From the NCBI GenBank assembly GCA_964612665.1, contig CAZTCI010000001.1, positions 508,896 to 572,895 on the forward strand: a stretch of 64,000 bases of DNA, written 5' to 3'. A program made the translations under genes and the position numbers. Of the stretch, positions 1 to 12,000 are shown one piece after another (position 1 is the first letter of the stretch; the number at the start of each line of letters is the position of its first letter). Under the pieces are notes generated by a model that saw only the letters and a program-made list of their open reading frames with translations, ran no database searches and was not told where the DNA came from. The stretch comes from an uncultured Planctomycetales bacterium (GTDB taxonomy: Bacteria > Omnitrophota > Gorgyraeia > Zapsychrales > JAHFFX01).

Positions 1-3000
1 ATGCAGCACACTTCCTAAACTGTAGTAATTGGGAAGCGGTCGCGTTAAAACAGCGGTCAAGAGACCTTCGACCCAGGCGAGGCGAATGTCGACGTGCTCT
101 GTTAAAGAAGTGATTTGATAACCAGGCTGGCTTTTAATAAATTCCCACTGCTGCTTGATTTGACGCACAAATGAAACGACGCGGTCAAACACCGACTTGA
201 TTTCGCCAGCTATATTGTCGTGCTGTCTTTTAATTGTTTCGTTGATCTCTTTAATTAAGTCCATTAGGTTTTCATAACTGAACTCTTCTTTAATGGCCAA
301 TGAACTTTCTCTTTGAGTGGCAGCATCAGTTATCTCATCCCAATAAGACTGCACAGTTTCAGTAATAAGCTCCAGGGCGTTTCTCACATCATGCAAGCTG
401 AATAGCATTACTGCTTCAGTTTCTTTACCTTCTTCTTTATTCTCCGACGGAGGGATCTCCTCTCCAAAAAGACCGGCCACCAAATTACAGAGTCTTTCTC
501 GTCCAGCGATCTTCGGAATACGGATGACCTTACCTTTATAATCTTGGTTAGGTTCAACTTCAGTCCAGTATAAAGAATCTGTAATACCATACCCTCTAAA
601 ATCATAAGCCAGGATATCGTCGTCTTCACCACTTCGAATGATCATGGGATTAGGGAATCCGATTCTTTTCATTTCCACAATCAATTCAATGCCCGCATTA
701 TTCTTTCCCATCTGATTATCCGTCAACAATAAGTCAACGAGTTTTCCTTCTGCCAAAAGCTGATGATACGTTGATAAAGCCTTTTCCTTGTTGGCAGCCG
801 TATATACTTGATAACCTCTTTGTATTAAATCATTGGATATTGTCTCAAGCACGTCTTCGTCGTCGTCAACCAGCAAAATTAAGCGTTTATACGCCTGAAC
901 ATTGGGAGTTAAAATGGATAAAAGAACAATCATCATTAACCAATCTAACGACACAAAAATGCCTAATGTGGCTCTGGACTCCACTCGCGTTGAATTCTCC
1001 AACCCATTGAACCACCGTTCGACAATTAGCTCGAAATTCCGCAGTTTCGGATCGAATTGCGCTCTCATTTGGATCAGAAGCGATTGGATTTCCTCAATAT
1101 CTCTGAGCGAATTCATTCTAAAATCGGCTTCAAGAATTTTTCGTAAGGAATCAATTAGATATTGTTTCCCATCGGGGATAAAGGCCTTAAGTAATTCTAC
1201 GATTCTGGTCCTCGAGAATCCTCTATTCATCAAGCGCAAAACATGTTGGTTATTTAAAAAGGCCACAATATTAATTGCCGCAAGAATGTCGACATCTTCT
1301 AGGAGGAAAAGCATTTCGTTTAGTGAAATAAATTGCCCGGCTATTCTTAAATGCCAACTGAAAGAAGTCTTAAATTCTTCTTTTCTCGGCAGGCGATCCG
1401 CTTTATTTACAATCCGCATAAAACGCGCCAGCGAATTGATGCCCATTAGATAACCATCAAACGGTCCTTGTTTTAAGAGTTGCATTGCGAATATATCAGT
1501 CAAAAACTGCGGCGTAAGATCCTTTGTGTCCGTCGTCGAATAAAGTGGAGAGCTACGATTGAAAAGCTCTCGAAGGAACTCATAATAGGACAACACATTT
1601 TTCTGAATGTCCTGATAATCAGAAACTCCCGCATCAACAGCCAGCGCCACGGCCTGGCCAAGCAAAGCCAAGTACTGCGGCTGGCTGATTCCGACGGGTT
1701 CAGTGAGTCTCCATAAATCAGAAATTAGCGTGTCGACACTTACTGGAATATTATCTACCCCAATTATGTGCTTGAATCGATTGAAGCTGGCAGCGACCAG
1801 ATTCTCATCGTTCCTAGATTTATCCAACCAAACTTTCTGCCACTTTTCAACCGATGAGAAGAATTCCACCTGAACAGCCGCAGGTTGTCCAATATCAGCA
1901 TCTAAATTCTCCTCGAGAATACGACCGTTGCTCAACACCAAATAATTAACAGGAAGCATTCGGATATAATCCAAATACATCAAACGATCCTCATCCCTAA
2001 AATCTTCAATCGCCGGTTCGATGAGAATGATTTGGATCGGTACTTTGAGACCAAACACCGCCTGCATGAGGGCAATAGCAAACTTCTTAAAAATGCAGTC
2101 AAATGCGGTACTGCCGATCAAAAAGACAGTCAATTTCTTGGAGTCTCGCTCTTGATTTTCAATTAAAGATTTCAAAAACTGGGCGGTTGAATGTCGCGAA
2201 TTGCTTGCGTGCCAGCGCTGAATTATGCGGTCAGGGCCGACGGGAGGATTCTCCGATTCGATGGCCGAGGAGAGAATTTTGCAAGGTTGCTGTGCCACTG
2301 AAAGTTCTTTCACGTCAACCGTTTTTTGATTCCACAAAATGGAACGTAAAAGATTGCCTGCTATTTTTGCGGCACTTCCTTTTGGCGAAGCCGAATAATC
2401 ATTAACAACATCGATTCCAATGCCCCGTACCGCCGCGATAGCTCCTACTGATACGAACAAGCCTGTCACAGCGCTTAAAACTGTCGGCAAAATCTGCGCC
2501 AGCATCCATAGGAAGAAGGTTAGAATATCACCGTGGGGTAAAACGATCATTTCATAACTTTCTTCATCCGACGACATAAATAGTTCTTGACCTTCCAACT
2601 CTTCTTCTAACGATGACAGCCCTTGAAACTCCTGCGTCAGATGTTCCCAGCTAAGTGGTATCTGTCTTTCTTGTGCCTGTATCATGACCAACTTTGCTTT
2701 TTCTTCATCCACACCTAATTGTTGAGCCAGGGCTTTGGGATTATTAATTAGCTCGTACCATTGTTTTTCTGTTACTTGTTTTTGCAAACGCCAGTAGCGA
2801 AGTAATTCTTGGGAGTGACCAAATTTCGCTTCCAATAAGCGTTTAACCACGTTTCTAAAAACAGCTATTACCATGTTATAAGTTAACGCGCCTAGGGCCA
2901 TGAGATAAAATGAGAAATGGAAAGAATAAACTGCTTTTGCTTTTGCTTTTGCTTTATCTTTATCCATCTTGAACTCTGCATCGGTAAATGCCAGCAAATC

Positions 3001-6000
3001 TGTGAATATAGAAATTCTGACTTGCCATTGACTGGAAAGTTTATTCCACGCTGTTGGCTTGCCATCAAATGTAATGATTGATGGCAATTCGTAAGATTGG
3101 CCCTGGACTTCTGAAATCCAATATTGTCGTATCCGGGATTTACCGAGAAATGTTTCGTCACTTCCAACAACAACGAGTTCTTCGATCAGTAATATTTCGA
3201 TAAAAACTCCCTTATCTTTCGCATAATCCATAATAATAGCGGCGGCATTCAAGAGACAATCGCCATATTTCCCGCCGAGCAGAACAACCTGAATACCGTT
3301 TTCTTGGAGAAGGAGATCTAAGAATTTATAAATACGCTGACGGTCTTCTTTAGAAGATTCATGAATTTTTTCGGGCTTGGGTTCTTCTAATTCTTGAACT
3401 ACGATCCCACGCTTTTTTAATAAAGTAACCAAAGATTTAAAAATCGGCTGCATCTCTCTTCCCAAATCACCAGAAACGCTACGATAATCCCTAACTTCGA
3501 AAATTCCAATTGTGAGAGACCTGATTCGATTTATAGCTACAAAAGATTCTTGAGATGATGTGTATTGATTTCGGCGTTTTTGTCGTTGAATAATAATAAA
3601 CTTGCCAAATTCAAAGATAACTATGCCCAAAATAATACTAACCATTCCCACAGTAAATCCCAACATCCCGGCCGTTTCTTTGGTGGCCTTTAAATAAATA
3701 ACATCCGCCGATAAATCTTTATGACCACCCACATTGATAATCATCTGCTGTTCATACGCTAAAGAAAGCGCGGCCGCTTCGTTGATTTCAAATCCGGCGG
3801 ATTTGACCTGAGCGATCAGTTGGTCTTTAAGTTCGCCGAGCGGACCAAAGGATTCTTCAATCATTTCACCATTGAAGGAGACGAGATGTTTAGTTGCCTT
3901 AATAATATGTATTTCACCTCCATGGGAAAGGACGTTATAAACCTCAGATAAAACTATGGACGGCCTCGTCGATTCAAGCACGAAACTAAGCAAGGCCACA
4001 TCAAACGTCTCTGGCGCAAACGACAAATGCTGGGCGTCTCCATTCACCCAGAGACCATCGCTTACTGTGTGTTGCACGATGCGTATCTTTGAGAAATTAT
4101 TATCTAATCCAACAACGACATTCCCCTGTCTTCTTAACTTACCGGCGATGCCGCCGGAACCAGTACCTACATCCAAAATACGATGACCGCTCCCAATTTC
4201 CTGCAGATACCAAAACGAGAGCATAAAAGAATTATTAATAGTGTGCCGCAACAAATCCTCCAACGTTATGATGATGGGCTTACGCACGGCGGCAACAGAG
4301 ATCATTACTACAAGCAGCATCCATTTTATTAATCCGACGAACCAGATCATCGAAATCAAAGAATAAATATCTACATACAGCGAATTATATTGGCCTTGTT
4401 TATAATGTTCATTCGCACGCCTGATCAATTCTTCATGGATCCGATCACCAATCGGAATCATCCCTCGCCGGTGATTATCGGCCAAATATCCGAGCGCCTC
4501 TGCCAATGTTTGCGCGGCGATGCCGAAAAATAGGCGGACATCATTTGTGCCCATTATGCGGGCCGCGGGATTGGGCGCTGGGGGTTTTTCACGCGCGATA
4601 AACTGGCGGATTTCTTCCAGGACATTGAAGACTTCGGTGAGTTGTTTGAGTGTCTTGACCGATAAATGCGGTTGCGGTTCAACAAAGACAATTGAGTTGA
4701 CCAAGGCCAGCAGATGGTTTTGAATTTGATATGCATAATTATCCAGGTCTTTTATATTGGTCTGCTCGGCAACATGCATTTCATAATCTAAATCTTGATT
4801 AGGAAGATCAAGGATTTTGATCGACAACAGCCCTTTGTGTTGCATCTGTTCCAAAGCCGTGTACAAGGCGGCCATTGATTCCATGAAACCTTCACCCGAC
4901 GGAATATAAGTTTGATTCTTTAATTTCGGACCTTCGCTTCTCTTATCTTTCTTGGGCACAGACTCTTTCTGCGTGTAAGGTAAGAAAACGGCGCCTAATT
5001 TTTGGTTGTCTTTCTTGCCATAAAGGAAAAATTCAATCGCCAGCTGCGGAAAGACCCGGACCGTTTTGGGCAAAGCATCAATAGAAAATCTTTGTATTGT
5101 GACGTCCGCTTTCTTAATCGAGACATACTTGGGGTCCTTAAAGAAAATGACCGCTTCTCCATAATCCGTTGAAATCAGGAACTCAACCTTTTCGCCGGCT
5201 GCAAGATTTTGCTCAACCGCTTTCAAATTGATCGTCAATTCAGACTGGGAATTCTGTTCAAGTACTTCTTGTTGGGAGATCGGCTGTCGTCGAGGATGAT
5301 AAGAAGCAACGTCGAATGAACTTCCTTCCAGCAGCATAAGGATAGTTACGACCAAATAGATATTTTTGAAAAGTTGGAATGAAGATTTAAAGCGCGACGC
5401 GAAAACAGCAATTAAAACTAACACCGCGATAATTACCCAAAACTCTTGTGAATGAATAAGGGAAAAATTACTTCCCTCATCAACAGCATTCAAATCTCCA
5501 TTCTTGGCTCGAACTTCCCAAGTTTTATCAGCTTGTTGGTAAGAATTCTTTTGAATCGCCTCTCTAACTCTTTGAGTCAAATCATTTTCGTCGATGCCGC
5601 CAACGTCGATCCAATTCACGAAGGCAGCAATAATATGCTCCTGAAATTCCTCCGAACTTGCCGACATCCTCACTCCGATTTCCATAAATTCTTTGGCCGC
5701 CCTTTTGAGTTCTTCAATGGCTTGACTGCGTAATGACAAATCCTCGATGCTTCTCGCCAGCGTCCATCTCAGCTGATTGTTTAAATACCGTATGAACGTC
5801 TTTAATTTCTCCATATCTCCCTCGAGTAACTTAATTTTCCATAATTGATTGGCCAGCCGGCTGATCGTTTCAAATGCCTTTTGCCAGGTCTTTTCCGACG
5901 ATGAAAGCGAAAGACGCTCTGCCATTAAAAGCAAAGTCTCATCCAAATATTTCAACTCATTCGATGGATAAAAAAATAAATAGCTATCGTAATCATCCAT

Positions 6001-9000
6001 GCGTCCCATTGCGTGGCTATGATAAAGATCTCGCTCGGGAACAAGGGCGATATTCAAAACATAATCTCTGAACGGTGCTTTTTCATAACTGCAATTTTTT
6101 TCGTATCTAAGCCAACCATCGAGATTTTCCATCGCCATTGAAAAAGATCCACGAAGTCCCGGGTTCGCCCTCCAAGCAACGATTTTCAGTAAGAGCTCTT
6201 TCAGTTTGTGATTTTCAAGTAACCGGCCCGTCGCTTGTCCTTGCCAGTTTAGTTCTTCCACATTAAACAACATCTGCGCCAAATATTGCGGAATCGAATT
6301 TAGTCGCCCTTCGGTCCCCCAAAGATCCAGGGCATTTGTTGACTGAGGATCGTTCGAGATCGCAGGATCAAATGTTTTGAAGTCCAGCGCCTCTTTGAGC
6401 ATCCATAACGTTAGATCCTCATAAGTAAAATCGGAAAATCCGCCATTACGCAAAGACAACGGCTGCTGTAATTGTTCACTCATAACAAAATAAAGTCCGA
6501 TCAATCGTCGGAGGCCTTGAATCAGCGGCGGGAAGTCAATCGGATAAGTTCTTTCTTTATCAAAGTGCATTCCAATTGTTCGCACATGCAACAAAAAGAA
6601 TATCGATGTCCAGGCGGTTAACCATTGTTCTTTCAGTTGTCCACCTGCCCAAAACCACATTCGTCGGGTTCCTATTTCAAATGGTTCGACATCCTCAAGC
6701 GAAGCCAAGCGCACAATATCCTGATTGGGATGACCATACTTTGATAACCAGCCTCTGGCTTTCCAATACCGACGCAGACAATCGCCGATCAATGAAAGCT
6801 CTTGCTCCGAAAGTGGGAGCAAATGACCATCTCCTGTCTCACTATCCATTCTTTCAGAAGTAGCATTCACAATTAGATAACCTAAGAGCTTTGTGAAACG
6901 TTGACTCTCGTGAGTGAGAGAATCAAAAATGGTTGAAGCATTAGCATTATGCAGGCTATACAAAACATATCTTCTCTGCTTTTCGTTATAATGTTCCGTA
7001 TTCAAATCTATCTTAGAATCTAACGTAAATTCCCACGCAGGTGGAAGTAACATGCCTTGCGAATTGATATACCCTAGTTGAACAAGATCATTAAATAACT
7101 GTGGCAAGTCTTTGTCAGGAACAATCCCCTTAAAACTTTTCAAGCTTACCGCATCATATTGATCGAGGAGGTTTGTCAGTGTTTCGATCCATTGCGCAAC
7201 GGGCCGCGATGTATTCTGAGCATTGGAATCAGTTAAAGTAACTTTCTGCTGTCTGACTGAGAGACGACGCCAGAAACTCTCTCCCCATGACAACTTCAGC
7301 ATCATCAAAATCCCGAAGACAATCAGCGCAAGCCATCCCCAACTTCCTTCCGCACCCGTCGTTGGCCAGAGAATCAGATGGCTGCTCAATTCATTTCCCG
7401 ACGCTGATTGAGCACTCAACATCACGATCCCCATCGCAGCGGCAATCATTCCGCCGCGCAGGCGTCCCCAAAATCCTCGTACTAAGCGAATTGCTAACGT
7501 AACAACGAGACCCGCAGTAATGACGGTCAATAATCGATTGAGAATAGATTGCAAAAGGTTTGAAAAAATAGGGTTGTGCTGCAGGAAGGAAAGAAGCGGA
7601 GTATCTTTTTTGCCGACGGGCGGGGCGTTGGGCTGCATCTTAGCATAGTGCCACACAATCAAAATACTAACGCCAATTAAAATCAATAGATATTGCACGA
7701 GTGAGTAGGTGTCCATGTTGAAAATGTTATTTGTTTTAGTCTCCCGATCAAAACCTCCATCCCGTTCGGCGAGCATCAGAAAAGCCGTCTCGGCGATGTG
7801 CATGTCGCTGATGCCGTGATGCAGATAGATTTTATGCACGCTGCGCGTCGAAAGACCGTTTCTGACGAGGCCCAGGTCCCAAACGCCCTGTCCTAACCGC
7901 AACCGATCACCGATTCCAGCGAGAAACTCCGGCGATGCATCCGCGACGGTAACAACCGGGGTGAACTTCCGTTCAGTCTTTGGAATTAATTTTTCTAATT
8001 GTTCGAATAGATTTTCTCTTCCTAACCGTCCAAGAAGAAGATTGGGGCTCGTCACCACAATCACATTGGCGTAAATGGGATAATTTTTATGAAGTTTCAA
8101 AAGCTCGTCGGACGCGGACAAGGCGGCCTGGACCATAGGACCGATGGCGACGATGTTAACCACATTGTCATCGGGATGGTAATCAGGAAGATGGCTGTAA
8201 TCGACGAGCCGGTAACCGCCTTTGAGAATTTCTGGGCCGAGACGCTTGATGGCGGCGGGTTCATTAAGGCCGGAATAAGTTTTCTGTTCCCGCAACCGCC
8301 GGAACAATCCGCTGCGTTCAACCAACAGGCTCGATGCGCGGATATACACGGCGTTACGCCCGTGGTCATGGCCGGTCAACATAAGTTCAAAGGTTTTTTT
8401 CAATATATAATCTAACTCGTCAAGAAAAGCCGGTTCCCACATAACCGTGTTGGGCATCGCCCGGCCGATGTCCGCCGAGACACTCGATTGATGTTGAGCA
8501 CCGTCGGTGGCCAGCGTTGGGCCGGACGGTGTTCCGACAGCAATAAATTGTGAACCCCAGTACTGGGCGTAAAAAAATTGATCCAGCGCCCGGCGGAATA
8601 AAAACATATCATAGATCGTAACAACCGGAATCAAACGCACGCCAAACAAATCATAAGCCTTGCCAAAAGCCGCCGCCAAGGTCACGGCGTTCATTTCTGT
8701 AATGCCAATGCGTAAATGATTTCCCGCAAATGAATCGGCGCTGACAACACCTTGAGTGGCGCCAGGAGCAATCATTCCCGTAGATGATCCAACATCCGGA
8801 GAAATCGTGACCAACCGCGGCGCTATTTTCTGCCAGAAGCGATCGTCTTCGGAAAGGTCCGCCGCCGCCGATTGACTGAGTAGACCTTTCACCCTATTAA
8901 TCGACATACCCAGATATGTCTGCGTTGGAATTCTCCCGCGGGCCGGTGAATAAAGTTTTTCCGGCCAGATTTGATTCTTTAATTCTGCTTCAAACGCCGC

Positions 9001-12000
9001 GCGGTTTGCATCGATCATTTGCTGCGCTTCGGCGGCTTCATGATCTAAACGTGAACGGACATTCTTAAGTGTCTTAAACTCGACGGAAGTTTCATTGAAA
9101 TTGGGGAATGGATTATCTTGCGGCATGCCTAATTCGTTACGGACCTGCGCCAATTCTTCGGGAGTCAATAACTGCGAATGGTTTCCTTCCTGACCAATCA
9201 TCGGTCTTAGACCCCAGCCTTTGATCGTATGCGCAATAATTACCGTCGGGCGATCGCTGGCGCGGGCTTCGCTCAAGGCTTTGATTAACTCAACCAAATC
9301 ATGGCCGCCCAAATCGGTAAAGAGCTCATAGATTTTTTCATCGCTGTATTTCTTCAAGAACCGCTTTATTGGCCTTTTCCTTTCCAAAGAGAGTTTCTTA
9401 TTCTTATCATCCAAGGGAAAAGGCCTAATATTGACTTTTGTTTCTTCCTTTGGATTCACAAAAGTCAATAAAGAAGAACGTTGTTCGATCATCCAAGCGC
9501 GGATTCCGGCGCCGTTTTGAGCGGAAAGATTTTGGTAAACTTTCTGGTCGATTGTTTCCATAACTTTCCTAAAGACACTTCCCCCTCGTCGGGCAAAAGC
9601 CGCTTGCAATTTTCGGCCCCAGCGCAGTTCAACGACTTGCCATCCAGCCGCCGCGTACATTCCGCGCAGTTGATCCAATTTCCAGTTTTCGGTATTTCCG
9701 TCGAGTGATTGGCGGTTGTAATCGACAATATGCGTCACGCGGTCCAAGTTAAATTCTTTCACTAACGTCAGAATCTCCCGCAGGTTTCCTTCTTCAGATT
9801 CAGCATCACCCAAGACCGCGAAGAAATGCGAATCAGAAACCGCATGGCCATGCGCCTTGAGCCATTTCCAAACAACGTTAAGTGCTAAGGCAACCGCCGG
9901 CCCTATGCCAACCGAGCCCGTCGGAATTTTGACGCCGTCCGGGTCCGCCATTCCCGGATACGCGTGCAGGCCTGGTTTGTCTAATTCATCCGTGTTGACT
10001 TCCGGATGCTTGGCGATGAAGGCGGCTTTTAATTCTTCAAGTTCTTTTAAGACTTCTGGCGCAAGACGGCCCCTGATATCTTCAGCCCTGAAATCAACCG
10101 GCAGCCGGACAGCGTTATCACGCAAACGATAAAGTGTATCGACGGGTAATCGACCTAAAAGATATTGAATGGCATGATACACCGGCGCGGCGTGCGGTTT
10201 GTGGGCGACAAAATCATGACCGCGCATGACAGCCAGCTCGAGGGCGATCATAATGTGCAATGCAGACGCGGATGCAGCCTGGTGCCCGCCGGTTTTAGGC
10301 AGTTCATATTTAATTTTATTGGCTTCATCAATTTCACCGATTGAAATCCCAAGCGCCCGACGGGCGATGCTTTCTAAAGCTTCGATGTCCTTCGGTGCAA
10401 ATCCTTCCGGAATTTTATCATTTCTATTTCGGGGAGGCCGGTGTCCGGATGAGCTCATTGCAACAATCATCATCGTGGACAAGAACAACGCAGCCACATG
10501 TCCACCTACGAAGTAGGACACAGCCAATAGTCCATCCAGTGCCAGCGCGATGAGGACAAGCGCAGTTGCAAATACGGTGGAGAGGTTTTGATCTGAGCAT
10601 TCTTTTATTCCATTTTTTGTTTTTTTGGTTTCCTGAGCTGAAAACTTTTTCCACCAGGCAAACGTTTCACTCAAACCCGTCCCAATATTCTTTTGTCGTC
10701 TCAACTTGTTGACAATCAAAATGATTAATGTTATGTTGGCGTCGAAAAGATCATTGATCAATAATTGCGTGGCCCTCTTTGAAAGATGGGAGAATCGTAA
10801 GTGAAGATCTGGGAATTTGAATGGGACAACTGGAATATTGAGCATATTGCTAAACATTCCGTAAAATCTCAAGAGGTAGAAGAAGCTTGTTATCGCCGCC
10901 ACGTCGCTAAGAAAACTAAAGATGACATTTATCTTGTCTATGGTCAAACGTATTCTGGCCGTTATCTTTTCATCGTTATTAAATATAAATCTAAAGGAAT
11001 TGTTTACCCTATAACCGCTCGAGACATGACTGATTCTGAGCAGAGATTCTTCCTTAAACGGAGGTAACATATGATTAAGAAGTCTTCTGTAATCCCAAAA
11101 TTTAAGAATGTCGCCGATGCGGCTGAATTCTTCGATCAACATGATACGACCCAGTTTCTCGACGAATTGCAACCAGCGCATCTTAAGTTCCCTAAGCCCA
11201 AGCATCTTTTGATCACCTTGAAACCTAAACAAATAACGAGGCTCAGACGCTTGGCCGACAAAATGGGTAAACCTTCCGATCAAATTGTTGAGCAATGGAT
11301 CACCCAAAAACTTGCCGAAGGGTAATGATCTGCCCAATGTGGCACGGCTCAATTTCTTTACAATCTCTTTAAAAACGCCTTTCGCTTTATCTGAGGATTT
11401 GGTTCGAATCGTCAGTATCAACAGCAACACATCAACGGCCAACACAAGGAACATCAAATGTAATCCCGGTCCCGGAACAAAATATCCTTTAAACACAACC
11501 ACCGGACGTTCCTCATCAGGCAGAAAACCTAATTCCTCGCGGATCTCCTCGGGAGATATTCTTAAAATATGTATGGGCTGAGGATGATCTTCAAAATATT
11601 TTAAGAACAGGCTTGTAATCGTTTGTCCGTTATCAGAAGCAATATGAAGACGGCCCAGAATAAAAAACGTGTCTTTAGCAGCTTTTCGGCCGCGCGATAA
11701 GATATTGATCATATTGGGGAACATGAATGGTTCCCTTAGGTCAATAGCGAATCTAAAGTTCTCCGAGACATTGATCCCTTTCAAAATTTCTTGAACAGCG
11801 GGCTCGGCCTGGCCGACGACATGATTTTCGCGTTTGGCTCTGGCCATGAGGGCTTTTATAAAAACAACAGTCAAATCACGCCAAGTTGTCAAGTCTTTAA
11901 GCATGTCCGCTGAGTTATCCGGGGGCAATGTTACGATCGCGGAAAAAACGAGACTGTTCCGGGTGTTGTAATAAAGAGAAATGCGTCTGTATAACGTTGT

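Noticed and set aside
902-1453. Plus-strand 183-aa ORF overlapping the receiver/TM region.
   Set aside because: The translation is Ser/Arg-rich and not protein-like. The minus strand across this span translates without interruption into a coherent protein: ...LIQMRAQFDPKLRNFELIV... then a TM helix then the REC domain.
10424-10654. Possible independent start of an aceE gene at MMIVAMSSSGH (about 10480), with the upstream region non-coding.
   Set aside because: The same frame continues stop-free upstream through 10560-13800 into LuxR-HTH modules with no intergenic signal. I therefore treat it as an internal module start. An internal translation initiation site cannot be excluded.
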